Assembly (NCBI GenBank): GCA_017469545.1
Contig: JAFUGE010000008.1
Span: forward strand, 127,268 to 191,267
Direction: 5' to 3'
Source: Clostridia bacterium
GTDB lineage: Bacteria; Bacillota; Clostridia; TANB77; UBA1234
Length of the DNA stretch: 64,000 bases
Shown piece after piece: positions 1 through 9,680 of the stretch. Under the pieces are notes generated by a model. It made no database searches. It was not told the DNA's origin and was given only the letters and a program-made list of their open reading frames with translations. The translations under genes were made by a program, and so were the position numbers. Position 1 is the first letter of the stretch. Each line of letters opens with the position of its first letter.

Positions 1-853
1 TGTTTAAAAATTCCATTTCTTCTGGGCATTTTTCTAGTACATCTTTGACGATATATTTTAGCATATCTTCTTCGATATCCATTAGCTCGTCCAAGTCACA
101 GAAAGCAATTTCTGGCTCAATCATCCAGAATTCAGAAGCGTGTGTTTTCGTGTTAGAATTTTCTGCTCTAAAGGATGGGCCAAACGTATAGATTTTGCCA
201 TATGCCATTGCGAAAGCTTCGCCCTCTAATTGGCCTGTTACCGTAAGGCCAACGTGCTTGCCGAAGAAATCTCTGTCATATTCTACTTTGCCGCTTTGTG
301 CGACTCTATCTAAATCCAAAGTTGTTACTTGGAACATTTCGCCAGCGCCCTCGCCGTCATTCGCGGTAATGAGTGGTGTATGCACATAGACATAGCCCTT
401 TGACTGGAAGTAGTTGTGAATGGCAAAAGCCGCTGCATTTCTAACTCTAAAAACAGCATTGAATAAGTTTGTTCTAGGGCGCAAATAGGCTTGTTCTCTT
501 AAAAATTCAACCGTATGACCTTTCTTTTGAAGCGGATAGTCACTAGGAGATAGGCACTCAATGACTACATTAGTAGCCTTAATCTCAAAAGGTTGTTTTG
601 CCTCTGGCGTTTCTACTAAAACGCCTGTTACTCTAAGAGAAGAGCTAACAGAAAGTTTCGTAAGTTCCTCAAAATTATTTAATGTATTATCATATACGAT
701 TTGCACATTCTTGAAAAATGAGCCATCGTTTAATTCAATAAATCCAAATGTTTTCGAATCTCTACAAGTTCTAACCCAACCAGCTAAATTTACTTCATTA
801 TTTGCATAAGCCCCCGGGTTCTTAAATAAATCTTTTACTGTTGTCTTAGTCAT
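1..853 (-). CDS. asnS: asparagine--tRNA ligase, N-terminal ~284 codons (gene continues past the left window edge)
   Basis: Absent from the ORF track because it is open at the window edge. Minus-strand translation from ATG (complement of 851-853) with AGGAGG (complement of 861-866) reads [47 protein letters not shown]...[12 protein letters not shown]. This is an OB-fold anticodon-binding N-terminus plus class IIb aaRS motif; the N-terminal wording is typical of AsnRS. Confidence 0.7.
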   Translation of the reverse strand, partial: MTKTTVKDLFKNPGAYANNEVNLAGWVRTCRDSKTFGFIELNDGSFFKNVQIVYDNTLNNFEELTKLSVSSSLRVTGVLVETPEAKQPFEIKATNVVIECLSPSDYPLQKKGHTVEFLREQAYLRPRTNLFNAVFRVRNAAAFAIHNYFQSKGYVYVHTPLITANDGEGAGEMFQVTTLDLDRVAQSGKVEYDRDFFGKHVGLTVTGQLEGEAFAMAYGKIYTFGPSFRAENSNTKTHASEFWMIEPEIAFCDLDELMDIEEDMLKYIVKDVLEKCPEEMEFLN

Positions 854-911
854 AAGACCACCTCCTAAATAAAATATGTCCAATTATACACCAAAAATGT
901 GGTAAATTCAA

Positions 912-940
912 TTGAAATTATGATATTTTTGTTATATAAT
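912..940 (+). promoter_or_regulatory. sigma-A type promoter for gatCAB (TTGAAA-17 bp-TATAAT)
   Basis: TTGAAA at 912-917 and TATAAT at 935-940 with a 17-nt spacer, about 30 nt upstream of gatC. Confidence 0.55.
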
Positions 941-969
941 TGCACTGTTAACGATGGGAGGTACTTGAA

Positions 970-1254
970 ATGGAGATTAGAAGAGAGGATATTGAGCATA
1001 TTGCGGATTTGAGTATGCTTAATTTGTCAGAAGAAGAGATTGAGACGTATACGAAGAATATGCAGGAGATTGTAGAGTTTGCAAATCAAATCAATGAGCT
1101 TGATACGGAAAATACGCTGGTTTCTGCGTTTGCTTCGGATGCATATAATGTGTTTCGTAAGGATGAAGTGAGGGAGTCTTTGAGTAGAGATTTGCTACTA
1201 AAGAATGCACCGAGCAGTAATGGGGAGGCGTATGCACTTCCTAGTATGGAATAG
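970..1254 (+). CDS. gatC: Asp-tRNA(Asn)/Glu-tRNA(Gln) amidotransferase subunit C
   Basis: 94-aa ORF MEIRREDIEHIADLSMLNLSEEEIETY... is a typical GatC; it directly precedes gatA-gatB; RBS GGGAGG upstream. Confidence 0.85.
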   Translation: MEIRREDIEHIADLSMLNLSEEEIETYTKNMQEIVEFANQINELDTENTLVSAFASDAYNVFRKDEVRESLSRDLLLKNAPSSNGEAYALPSME

Positions 1255-1272
1255 GATTTGTTGAAAAATATT

Positions 1273-1349
1273 TGTAGGGGCGGCGTATCACGCCGCCCGT
1301 GGGGAGCCTGATGCGCGCCCGAGGGCAGCGTAATACGCTGCCCCTACAG
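1273..1349. repeat. REP-like palindromic element, inverted doublet (GTAGGGGCGGCGTATCACGCCGCCCG ... GGGCAGCGTAATACGCTGCCCCTACAG)
   Basis: Two copies of the GC-rich palindrome family in opposite orientation separated by a GC-rich spacer, lying in the gatC-gatA intergenic region. Confidence 0.85.
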
Positions 1350-1386
1350 TGTGGTATAATAGTAAATGGAAGGGCTGATTAGGATA

Positions 1387-2820
1387 ATGAATAATATAAT
1401 TGAGCTTACTGCGAGTGAGATTCGCGAGTTGTATGATAAAAAGGAAGCGACTGTGCCAGAGGTGACTAAGGCTTTTTTGGCGCATATTAAGGAAAAAGAT
1501 AGTGAGATTAACGCGTATATTACGGTTTGTGAGGAAGAGGCGCTAAAACAGGCGGAAGAAGTGCAAAAGCTTATGGACAATGGCGAGAAGTTGGGGCCTA
1601 TGGCTGGTATTCCAATCGCTGTGAAGGATAATATTTGCACAAAGGATATTAAAACAACTTGTGCTTCGAAAATGCTTGAGAATTTTGTTTCGCCTTATGA
1701 TGCAACAGTTGTTAAAAAGCTTAAGGACGAGCATATGATTATTCTTGGAAAAGTGAATATGGACGAGTTTGCGATGGGTGGTTCTACGGAGAACTCTGCG
1801 TTTTTCAAAACGAAAAATCCAAGGAATTTAAGTAAAGTACCTGGTGGTTCTTCTGGTGGAAGTGCAGCATCGATTGCGGCGGATATGGCGCCAATCGCAC
1901 TAGGAAGTGATACGGGAGGCTCGATTCGTCAGCCTGCTAGTTATTGCGGCATTGTGGGAATGAAGCCTACGTACGGGTTAGTTTCGAGATATGGTTTGGT
2001 TGCATTTGCTTCGTCGCTAGACCAGGTGGGGCCTATGAGTAAGACAGTGGCAGATAATGCTAATTTGCTAAACGTGATTGCTGGTAATGACGAGATGGAT
2101 ACAACGTCGGCGAAGGTAGAGAAGAAAGATTATACGCAAGCGCTAGTAAATGATGTAAAAGGCCTAAGAATTGGTGTGCCAAAGGAGTATTTTGGTGAGG
2201 GATTAGCGATAGAGGTAAAAGAGGCATTAGAAAAAGCAATAGAAAAATATAGGAGTTTGGGGGCAGTGGTAGAGGAGTTTTCGCTTCCTACTACGAAGTA
2301 TGCTTTGCCGACTTATTACATTATTGCCTGTGCAGAGGCTAGCTCAAACTTAGGACGTTTTGACGGAATTAGATATGGATATAGGACAGAAAATTATTCT
2401 TCATTAAAGGATATTTATCGTAATAGCCGTTCGGAGGGATTTGGCAAAGAAGTGAAGAGAAGAATTATTCTTGGAACGTATGTGTTGTCGGCAGGCTATT
2501 ATGATGCGTATTACAAGAAAGCACAGAAAGTAAGGACCTTGATTAAGCAAGGATTTGAAGAAGCATTTGAGAAGTATGATGTGATTTTAACGCCTACGGC
2601 GCCAACGACTGCATTTGACTTGGGTAGCAAGATTGAAGACCCATTGGAAATGTATTTGATGGATTTATACACTGTGCCGATTAATATTGCTGGCGTGCCA
2701 GCCATTTCGATTCCTTGCGGAACAGATAAAGAGGGAATGCCAATTGGAATGCAGCTAATCGCGAAACATTTTAATGAAGAGATGTTATATAGGTTTGCCT
2801 ACACATTCGAACAGAATTAA
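1387..2820 (+). CDS. gatA: Glu-tRNA(Gln) amidotransferase subunit A (amidase family)
   Basis: Amidase signature GGSSGGSAA and KDNI motif; the ORF-track start 1366 lies inside the REP, so the ATG at 1387 ([16 protein letters not shown]) is preferred. Confidence 0.85.
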   Translation: MNNIIELTASEIRELYDKKEATVPEVTKAFLAHIKEKDSEINAYITVCEEEALKQAEEVQKLMDNGEKLGPMAGIPIAVKDNICTKDIKTTCASKMLENFVSPYDATVVKKLKDEHMIILGKVNMDEFAMGGSTENSAFFKTKNPRNLSKVPGGSSGGSAASIAADMAPIALGSDTGGSIRQPASYCGIVGMKPTYGLVSRYGLVAFASSLDQVGPMSKTVADNANLLNVIAGNDEMDTTSAKVEKKDYTQALVNDVKGLRIGVPKEYFGEGLAIEVKEALEKAIEKYRSLGAVVEEFSLPTTKYALPTYYIIACAEASSNLGRFDGIRYGYRTENYSSLKDIYRNSRSEGFGKEVKRRIILGTYVLSAGYYDAYYKKAQKVRTLIKQGFEEAFEKYDVILTPTAPTTAFDLGSKIEDPLEMYLMDLYTVPINIAGVPAISIPCGTDKEGMPIGMQLIAKHFNEEMLYRFAYTFEQN

Positions 2821-2854
2821 AATATATTATAAAATAAATTAAGGAGACATATCA

Positions 2855-4285
2855 ATGGAATATGAAGTAATCATTGGACTTGAGGTTCACGCAGAGCTTT
2901 CAACGAAAACGAAAATATATTGTGGTTGTACCAATGAATATGGTAGCGACCCGAATACGCATTGTTGCCCGGTTTGTACGGGAATGCCAGGGGCTCTTCC
3001 AGTGCTAAATGAGAAAGTAGTGGAGTATGCTGTACGTGCTGGACTAGCGATGGATTGCGATATTACGCGCGAAAGTAAACAAGATAGAAAAAATTATTTC
3101 TATCCAGATACGCCAAGGGCTTACCAGATTTCGCAATTTGATTTGCCATTATGCGTAGGTGGAAAAGTGGATGTCAATGTAGAAGGCGAAAACAAGACGA
3201 TTGGCATTACGAGAATTCATATTGAGGACGACGCTGGAAAGCTAGTGCACGACGCATATACGGGCGGAACATTGGTAGATTTGAACCGTGCAGGCGTCCC
3301 ATTAATTGAGATTGTATCAGAGCCAGATATGAGAAGCGCGGCAGATGCTGTGGCATATGTAGAAAAATTAAAGGGAATCTTAGAATATATTGGTGTTTCC
3401 GATTGTAAGATGCAGGAGGGCTCTCTTCGTGCGGATGTGAATTTATCACTTCGCCCTGTGGGCCAAAAAGAGTTTGGGACAAGAACGGAAACAAAGAATT
3501 TGAACTCGTTTAGATCGATTGCGAGAAGTATTGAATTTGAAATTGAGAGACAAAAAGCGGTGCTAGAAGCCGGTGGAGTGGTTTATCAGGAGACAAGAAG
3601 ATGGGACGACGAGAAGGGCGAGGGCTTTTCTATGAGAACCAAGGAAAACGCTAACGATTATCGTTATTTCCCAGAGCCTGATTTGTTGCCAATTAATTTG
3701 TCGGAAGAGTATATTGAAAACATTAAAAAATCTTTGCCGGAGTTGCCAGAAAGCAGAAAAGCTAGATATATGAGTGAGCTAAACTTGCCGGAATATGATG
3801 CCGGAATCATTATCTCGTCTAAGGCGTTATCAGATTTCTTTGAGGAAGCGGGAAAAGTATGTGGCAATTACAAGGCCGTGAGCAACTGGATTATGAGCGA
3901 TATTATCAGGGCTTCGAGAGAATACGAATTCGAGTACGACAATATGCCATATACCGCAGAGCAATTTGGTCATTTAATTCAGCTAATTGATAGTGGCAAA
4001 ATCAGTGGTTCCATTGCGAAAACCGTCTTTGAAGAAATGATAAAGACGGGCAATGAACCAGAAAAAATTGTGGAAGAGAAAGGCTTAGCACAAGTTTCTG
4101 ACGAGGGCGCTATCAAAGAAGTTGTGGATAGAGTTGTGGCCGCAAATCCACAATCCATTATCGACTATAAGGCGGGAAAAGACAGAGCCCTAGGCTTTTT
4201 GGTTGGCCAATGTATGAAAGAAATGAAGGGCAAAGGCAATCCACAAATATTAAATAAATTAATTTTGGAGATTTTAAATAAATAA
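2855..4285 (+). CDS. gatB: Asp-tRNA(Asn)/Glu-tRNA(Gln) amidotransferase subunit B
   Basis: 476 aa, MEYEVIIGLEVHAELSTKTKIYC... is a canonical GatB N-terminus; RBS AAGGAG upstream; follows gatA. Confidence 0.9.
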   Translation: MEYEVIIGLEVHAELSTKTKIYCGCTNEYGSDPNTHCCPVCTGMPGALPVLNEKVVEYAVRAGLAMDCDITRESKQDRKNYFYPDTPRAYQISQFDLPLCVGGKVDVNVEGENKTIGITRIHIEDDAGKLVHDAYTGGTLVDLNRAGVPLIEIVSEPDMRSAADAVAYVEKLKGILEYIGVSDCKMQEGSLRADVNLSLRPVGQKEFGTRTETKNLNSFRSIARSIEFEIERQKAVLEAGGVVYQETRRWDDEKGEGFSMRTKENANDYRYFPEPDLLPINLSEEYIENIKKSLPELPESRKARYMSELNLPEYDAGIIISSKALSDFFEEAGKVCGNYKAVSNWIMSDIIRASREYEFEYDNMPYTAEQFGHLIQLIDSGKISGSIAKTVFEEMIKTGNEPEKIVEEKGLAQVSDEGAIKEVVDRVVAANPQSIIDYKAGKDRALGFLVGQCMKEMKGKGNPQILNKLILEILNK

Positions 4286-4294
4286 AAATTTTTG

Positions 4295-4322
4295 TTGCAA
4301 AATAAAAAATATGCGGTATAAT
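4295..4322 (+). promoter_or_regulatory. putative promoter of the tRNA-Thr transcript (TTGCAA-16-TATAAT)
   Basis: TTGCAA at 4295-4300 and TATAAT at 4317-4322, about 24 nt before the tRNA. Confidence 0.4.
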
Positions 4323-4345
4323 ATTATTTGTACCGCATTTATTAT

Positions 4346-4421
<76 letters not shown>

Positions 4422-4425
4422 GAGG

Positions 4426-4452
4426 CTAGGTTTGTCGAACCTAGTCTTTTTT
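4426..4452 (+). terminator. rho-independent terminator after tRNA-Thr
   Basis: CTAGGTT-tgtcg-AACCTAG hairpin followed by TCTTTTTT. Confidence 0.6.
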
Positions 4453-4534
4453 ATTGACAATTAATATCTATCACTATATAATAGCCTTAAGTGATAAACC
4501 TTCTTTGTCTCTTTACGACTGAAAGGAGAAAACG

Positions 4535-4918
4535 ATGTTTAGCATTGATAAGCCGAAAATTCTTGACTTGGTTCCTTGGAATATTAACGCTGAAGTTAAG
4601 ACATCTGGCTTTGCCGACATTATTTACGAGAAAAAGGAAATGGCCAAGCATGCAGACGATGCGTTTGCAGAGGAGACTCCTGTTGAAAAGAGTATTAAGT
4701 GCTTAAATCGCCAGGAGCGCAAGCGTTCTAAACATTGCAGAGATTGCCGTGAAACGCTCAAGGCACAGGCTATGAAGCATATGTTGAAGAGCGCGGTTAG
4801 TAATATTACTGGCCGTCAGCGTCTGGAAGACGAGCGTATCAAGCGGTATATCAATGGTGAATATGAAAATGATATGCCCCTTGAGGACAACATTTTGTTC
4901 TTAAGTGAAGCTTTCTGA
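4535..4918 (+). CDS. hypothetical protein (127 aa, basic, Cys-containing C-terminal half)
   Basis: ORF with RBS AAAGGAGAA 7 nt upstream of the ATG; the overlapping ORF 4491-4706 in another frame is rejected; no recognisable family. Confidence 0.5.
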   Translation: MFSIDKPKILDLVPWNINAEVKTSGFADIIYEKKEMAKHADDAFAEETPVEKSIKCLNRQERKRSKHCRDCRETLKAQAMKHMLKSAVSNITGRQRLEDERIKRYINGEYENDMPLEDNILFLSEAF

Positions 4919-4925
4919 GTTTCAT

Positions 4926-4958
4926 AAATCCCCCTAACTAGATTAGTTGGAGGGATTT
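4926..4958 (+). terminator. putative terminator hairpin
   Basis: AAATCCCCCTAAC/GTTGGAGGGATTT imperfect inverted repeat after the 4535 gene. Confidence 0.45.
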
Positions 4959-5026
4959 CCTTTAAGATAAAAAACTGTGTACTTTTTTCAAAGAATGTGA
5001 TATACTTAGAACATCAAGCGAGATGT

Positions 5027-5100
5027 GCAGATATAGTTCAGTGGTAGAACGTGGGCTTCCCAAGCCTAAGATGCGGGTCCGATTCCCGTTATCTGCTCCA
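5027..5100 (+). tRNA. tRNA-Gly (anticodon CCC)
   Basis: GCAGATA acceptor, D-arm GTTCAGTGGTAGAAC, anticodon stem TGGGC/GCCTA with loop TTCCCAA, CCA end encoded. Confidence 0.8.
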
Positions 5101-5153
5101 GATTTGCTAATCTATATATGGAAAAAAGCTGATTCAAAATATTTATGACAAAC

Positions 5154-5245
5154 GGAGTGGTGCCGAAGCGGTCACAACGGCGTAGATTGGAAGTCTATTG
5201 TGAGATGTATTTCTCCCGTGGGTTCGAATCCCACCTGCTCCGCCA
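5154..5245 (+). tRNA. tRNA-Ser (anticodon GGA), class II with long variable arm
   Basis: GGAGTGG...CCACTCC acceptor (complementary ends), anticodon loop TTGGAAG, long variable arm TGTGAGATGTATTTCTCCCG, T-loop TTCGAAT, CCA encoded. Confidence 0.8.
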
Positions 5246-5259
5246 AACTTTTTCTACTG

Positions 5260-5290
5260 ATTCCTGAAAGTTTTTCAGGAATTTTTGTAT
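5260..5290 (+). terminator. rho-independent terminator after the tRNA cluster
   Basis: ATTCCTGAAA-gtt-TTTCAGGAAT hairpin followed by TTTTGTATTT. Confidence 0.6.
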
Positions 5291-5359
5291 TTCAAAATAA
5301 CGATTTGAGATGGCAGCAAGAAGAATGTTTACATGTTATTCTAATAGGAGGTAATTTAT

Positions 5360-6088
5360 TTGATTAGTGAATATAATATGCATCCGTTATTTGACAGCAA
5401 TGAGCTTGCAATCAATTCAAATTGCGCTTTAGACAAAGATTTTGTACAGCGTATTGTGGAATATTTTAAAGAACGAAAAGAAAATTTGGAAAAATTTTTT
5501 GATAAAAAAGATAGCGAAAAAATAGTGATTAATTTGTTTGATAATCAAAATGATTTAATCGAGTGTGCAAGCAGGTATATGAAAGTTTCTTCCTACTGCA
5601 CGGGGGCGATTTGCAATGGGGAAATATGTACTTATTTAGATGGCCATAAACTTGATAATTACGGAGCAAGCGGATATATGATTGCGACAATGGTGCACGA
5701 GTATGTGCATTGTTATGATAGACGAGTTTTAAGAGGAGATGACGTTGTTTGGCTTAACGAGGGACTAGCGACGTATTTTTCGGGTCAAAAACGAGCGTAT
5801 GAAGTGGACGAGGAAAGATACTTGAATTTTTTGAGGAATATTGATTTATCGGGACTTCCTAAAATAGAATATTTAAAAAAGCGTGGAAGTAAATTTGGTG
5901 AGTTTTGTGATATGGAGACTCATAAATATAACGGATATGATTTGTCGTATGTGATTGTGAGGGCTATCATAGAAAAAAGAGGCGACAAATACTTGAAAGA
6001 ATTGATTCGCGATAAAAATGTACTAGATAAGTTCGAAGACGAGGCTATCGAATGGGTAAGTGGGTACATTAAAAATAAAACTTTTTAA
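5360..6088 (+). CDS. putative zinc metallopeptidase-like protein (HExxH motif), hypothetical
   Basis: 242 aa with MVHEYVHCYD (HExxH) and a downstream NEGLATYF glutamate-containing segment resembling a zincin third ligand; TTG start 9 nt after AGGAGG; family not recognised with confidence. Confidence 0.45.
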   Translation: MISEYNMHPLFDSNELAINSNCALDKDFVQRIVEYFKERKENLEKFFDKKDSEKIVINLFDNQNDLIECASRYMKVSSYCTGAICNGEICTYLDGHKLDNYGASGYMIATMVHEYVHCYDRRVLRGDDVVWLNEGLATYFSGQKRAYEVDEERYLNFLRNIDLSGLPKIEYLKKRGSKFGEFCDMETHKYNGYDLSYVIVRAIIEKRGDKYLKELIRDKNVLDKFEDEAIEWVSGYIKNKTF

Positions 6089-6141
6089 TTTTTTCGATTT
6101 ATGGTATAATAATAATATCTTAAACCGAAGGAGGATTTAAA

Positions 6142-6825
6142 ATGGAGTACAAAATTATTGGGCAAACGGTTCCAGTGGTTGAAATGGAGCTAAAGCAAGG
6201 AGAAAAAGTGTATACCCAATCTGGTGGTATGGCGTATCAATCGGAAGGGATTGAGATGTCTACAAATGCGCGAGGCGGATTAATGAAAAGTTTAGGCAGA
6301 ATGTTTGCTGGCGAGTCTATGTTTATGGCTAACTATACTGCTCAAAGAGACGGTGCCATGGTTGCTTTTGCGACGACAGTACCTGGAAGTGTTATTCCAA
6401 TGAATTTGAGCGAAATGCCTGGAGGTGTAATTATGCAAAAAGGAGCTTTCCTTTGCGCAGAAGATAGTGTTAATCTATCGATTACTCTTACGAAAAAATT
6501 TGGTGCAGGCCTATTTGGTGGAGAAGGTTTTATTCTTCAAAAAGCAGAGGGGACTGGGCATGTATTCTTAGAGGTTGACGGAGACCCAATTGAGAAAGTA
6601 TTAAAGTCAGGCGAAGTACTAAAAGTAGATACAGGAAATGTGGTGGCATTCGAGCCGACAGTGTCTTACGAAATTGAGACAGTAAAAGGCCTTGGTAACA
6701 TCTTCCTAGGCGGAGAGGGACTATTTTTAACAAAGCTAGTAGGCCCTGGTAGAGTGATTATTCAATCACAAAACTTTAATGATTTTGCGGGAAGAGTTAT
6801 TAATATGATGCCTCGTGGTAATTAG
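6142..6825 (+). CDS. TIGR00266 / AIM24-like family protein
   Basis: 227 aa MEYKIIGQTVPVVEMELKQGEKVYTQSGGMAYQSEG... with Gly-rich beta repeats characteristic of the AIM24/DUF124 fold; strong RBS GAAGGAGG. Confidence 0.6.
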   Translation: MEYKIIGQTVPVVEMELKQGEKVYTQSGGMAYQSEGIEMSTNARGGLMKSLGRMFAGESMFMANYTAQRDGAMVAFATTVPGSVIPMNLSEMPGGVIMQKGAFLCAEDSVNLSITLTKKFGAGLFGGEGFILQKAEGTGHVFLEVDGDPIEKVLKSGEVLKVDTGNVVAFEPTVSYEIETVKGLGNIFLGGEGLFLTKLVGPGRVIIQSQNFNDFAGRVINMMPRGN

Positions 6826-6886
6826 GTAATTCACCAATTTTGACGCGAATTACAGAGTCAAAAATAAAGAAGAAACTGTTAAAAAA

Positions 6887-6918
6887 GGCTGTCACAATTT
6901 TGTGACAGCCTCTGGTTT
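6887..6918 (+). terminator. putative terminator
   Basis: GGCTGTCACAA-tt-TTGTGACAGCC perfect hairpin with a weak T tract. Confidence 0.5.
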
Positions 6919-6992
6919 ATTATGTAAAACAAAATATTGATATTATGAAGAAAAATGGTATAATAAAGGAAGAATGTAACGAGGAGGAATGG

Positions 6993-7589
6993 ATGTTGCA
7001 TTACGAGTACTTGGAGACGATAAAAAAATATGGGCGAGAGAATAAAATTCCTATTTTGCTGGACGATAGTTTGGAATATATTTCGAATATCTTGAGAGAG
7101 GTGAAGCCAAGAAGAATTTTGGAAGTTGGCACGGCAATTGGGTATTCGGCGCTTTGCTTTTCACAGTATTTAGCGGAAAATGGCAGGATTGATACAATCG
7201 AAATTGAGAGTTTAAGGGTAGAACAGGCCTTAGAAAATATTGAGAAAGTAGGCGCTACGGATAGGATTAGAGTGCTAGAGGGCGATGCATTAGATATTTT
7301 GCCATATTTGACAGAGGAATATGACGTTGTGTTTATTGATGCGGCGAAAGGCAAGTATAACGAGTTTTTTGAGCACGCCTTGAGGCTTGGCAAAAAGGGT
7401 GGCTATATTATCGCGGATAATGTCTTGTATAAAGGAATGGTTATGAGCGATTATAACAAGCATAAGCAAAGAACGGCCGTCAATAAGCTTAGGAGCTTTA
7501 TTGATATGGTTTTGGAAAACAAGAATTTGGAGTCGCAGCTTGTGGATATTGGCGATGGGCTAATGATTTGTAAAATTGTAACAAAATAG
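6993..7589 (+). CDS. class I SAM-dependent O-methyltransferase (caffeoyl-CoA O-methyltransferase / YrrM-like)
   Basis: ILEVGTAIGYSALCF (motif I) and VVFIDAAKGKY (post-I acidic / DAxK) are hallmarks of O-MTase family 3; start moved to the ATG at 6993, which has AGGAGG 6 nt upstream. Confidence 0.7.
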   Translation: MLHYEYLETIKKYGRENKIPILLDDSLEYISNILREVKPRRILEVGTAIGYSALCFSQYLAENGRIDTIEIESLRVEQALENIEKVGATDRIRVLEGDALDILPYLTEEYDVVFIDAAKGKYNEFFEHALRLGKKGGYIIADNVLYKGMVMSDYNKHKQRTAVNKLRSFIDMVLENKNLESQLVDIGDGLMICKIVTK

Positions 7590-7688
7590 AAATTTTCAGG
7601 GATTTGACTTGCAAATTTACATAATTTGGAGTATAATAAAATTGTTGTAGGTTTACTGTATTATGACCAAAATTATGGGAGGTTAAGG

Positions 7689-8330
7689 ATGTTTGGTGAA
7701 GAAAAGCTAAAAGCACGGTTAAGGGAGAAGTCCTATTTGACGGCTGAAGAGATGTTTTATCTGGGAATTCGCTCGGAAGAGCAGATCTTCGAAAATTTAC
7801 CGGAGGAAAAGCGCGGACTGATTAAGTATCCTAGGGATGTAAAAGAAGTTCGTGATATGGTAGAGAGTAAACGGTTTTCTATCATGGAAGTTGCAAGTTC
7901 CTTTTCGATTACCTGGAGGACGGTCTATGACATTATGGGATGGGAAATTCCCAAAAAGTGTCGGGCACCTCAGGTAGCTCCCAAGGCTGTGACGACGGAT
8001 AAGAGAAGGTATGCTAAGCGGTTCAATCCTTCGGCGGAAGAACGGGTCCAGATGGTAGTGGACTATGAGAACGGTGTGTCGACGAGAGAGTTGGCTGCCA
8101 AGTATGGTGCCTCAAGGCAGGCTGTGAAGCACGTCTTAATAGTCGAAGGGGCAACCGTTCGTGACGAACGGAAGGATGGGCTTAGTCGTGCACCAAAACT
8201 TATGCGAGAGGATAAGGAGGCAATTGACGGTTGCTGGGTAATGCGCCAGAGTCCGAAGGAAATTGCCCAAAATTTGGGAATGACGGAAGTGCAAGTTCGT
8301 TATTACCTGAGGAAAAACAGGATGCTGTAG
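7689..8330 (+). CDS. hypothetical DNA-binding protein with three HTH-like segments
   Basis: ATG at 7689 preceded by GGGAGG; contains three helix-turn-helix-like stretches (SIMEVASSFSITWRTVYDIM, STRELAAKYGASRQAVKHVL, SPKEIAQNLGMTEVQVRYYLRK). Confidence 0.45.
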   Translation: MFGEEKLKARLREKSYLTAEEMFYLGIRSEEQIFENLPEEKRGLIKYPRDVKEVRDMVESKRFSIMEVASSFSITWRTVYDIMGWEIPKKCRAPQVAPKAVTTDKRRYAKRFNPSAEERVQMVVDYENGVSTRELAAKYGASRQAVKHVLIVEGATVRDERKDGLSRAPKLMREDKEAIDGCWVMRQSPKEIAQNLGMTEVQVRYYLRKNRML

Positions 8331-8341
8331 CCAAAAAGATA

Positions 8342-8371
8342 GGTCGCTTTGAATAAGCGACCCGTTTTTTT
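8342..8371 (+). terminator. rho-independent terminator
   Basis: GGTCGCTT-tgaat-AAGCGACC hairpin followed by a TTTTTTT tract. Confidence 0.75.
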
Positions 8372-8446
8372 ATGTTGTTTTTAGGAAGATTATGTAGTAT
8401 AATTAACTAGGATTATTATCATTATTTTATTTTAGGAGGAAGAGTA

Positions 8447-9679
8447 ATGAAAAAACCAGAATTATTAGCTCCAGCAGGGTCTTTTGAGAAAGCAAAAGTG
8501 GCTTTTATGTATGGTGCGGATGCTGTTTATGCGGGGACTTCGAAGTTGTCGCTAAGAACGCGTACTAGTATGGAGTTTGACGATTTGGTAAATACGATAA
8601 AATTAGCACATTCGCTAGATAAGAAAGTGTATGTTGCACTTAATGTTTATGCACGTGACGACGAATACGAACTAATTAAAAAAGAAGTGATGTATTTGGA
8701 CGAGATTGGCGCAGATGGTATTATTGTGGCTGATGGCGGAATTGTGGAAATGGTAAAGGAATATGCGCCAAATACAGAGATTCACATTAGCACACAAGCC
8801 AATGTGGTAAGTCTTCATACCTGCAATTTCTGGTATAAGAATGGTGCCAATAGAATTATTTTGGCGAGAGAATTAAATAAAGACGAAATTAAACACATCA
8901 CGCAGAATAAGCCAAATGGCCTTGATATTGAGATGTTTATTCACGGCGCCATTTGTTATAGCTATTCGGGAAGATGCTATATGAGTGATTATATGGCGGG
9001 CAGAAGTGCTAATCACGGCGACTGCGCGCAGCCTTGTAGATGGGCATACAATTTGTATGTGGAAGAGAAAAACAAACCTGGCGAAATGATGCCTGTGGAG
9101 CACGACGAGAAAGGCACGTATATTTTTTCTTCGAAAGATTTGTGCTTAATGAATGAGATGCCTACGGTGTTTGATTTGGGCGTGGATAGTTTGAAAATTG
9201 AGGGAAGATTAAAGACGGAGTATTATTTAGCTACAGTAGTGAGCGCTTATCGAAATGCGATTGACGATTATGCGGCAAATCCATCTAGTTGGAATCCTGA
9301 TAAGTATATGAAAGAGCTTGACAAGGCACGTACGAGAGGGCTTACGACTTTCTATTTCAACGAAAAGTACAATCCGGATATTCAAGATTATGATGGAAAG
9401 CAAATTAATCCAGATTATGAATTTGGCGGAGTAGTAGTGTCTACGGATTTGAATGGTATGACAACGATTGAAATTAGAAATAAATTGTCTATTGGTGATA
9501 CGCTTGAGATAATGATTCCAAATCAATTAGAGCCACATCAATTTGTGATTGACAAGTTATATGATGTGGAGACTGACGAAGAGATTAGCGTGGTAAATCC
9601 TGGCGTGAAAGAGCAGAAAGTGAAAATGAAATTGCCGATTGAAGCGGCGAATGGATATATTATCAGAAGGGTTAAATAG
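8447..9679 (+). CDS. peptidase U32 family protein (collagenase-like, YhbU/PrtC type)
   Basis: 410 aa, N-terminus MKKPELLAPAGSFEKAKVAFMYGADAVYAG is the conserved U32 opening; C-terminal beta-barrel extension present. Confidence 0.8.
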   Translation: MKKPELLAPAGSFEKAKVAFMYGADAVYAGTSKLSLRTRTSMEFDDLVNTIKLAHSLDKKVYVALNVYARDDEYELIKKEVMYLDEIGADGIIVADGGIVEMVKEYAPNTEIHISTQANVVSLHTCNFWYKNGANRIILARELNKDEIKHITQNKPNGLDIEMFIHGAICYSYSGRCYMSDYMAGRSANHGDCAQPCRWAYNLYVEEKNKPGEMMPVEHDEKGTYIFSSKDLCLMNEMPTVFDLGVDSLKIEGRLKTEYYLATVVSAYRNAIDDYAANPSSWNPDKYMKELDKARTRGLTTFYFNEKYNPDIQDYDGKQINPDYEFGGVVVSTDLNGMTTIEIRNKLSIGDTLEIMIPNQLEPHQFVIDKLYDVETDEEISVVNPGVKEQKVKMKLPIEAANGYIIRRVK

Positions 9680-9680
9680 A

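Noticed and set aside
1344-1734. Antisense ORFs (1344-1640 and 1543-1734, minus strand) inside gatA
   Set aside because: Wholly embedded in a strongly supported gene on the opposite strand; low-complexity translation; no RBS
4491-4706. 71-aa ORF overlapping the 4535-4918 gene in another frame
   Set aside because: The 4535 ORF has the RBS and is longer; the 4491 ORF is Arg/Leu-rich out-of-frame noise
9639-9680. Upstream start (9639) for the TIGR03960 radical SAM gene
   Set aside because: Would overlap the U32 peptidase by 41 nt with no RBS. The ATG at 9681 follows the stop and GAAGGG
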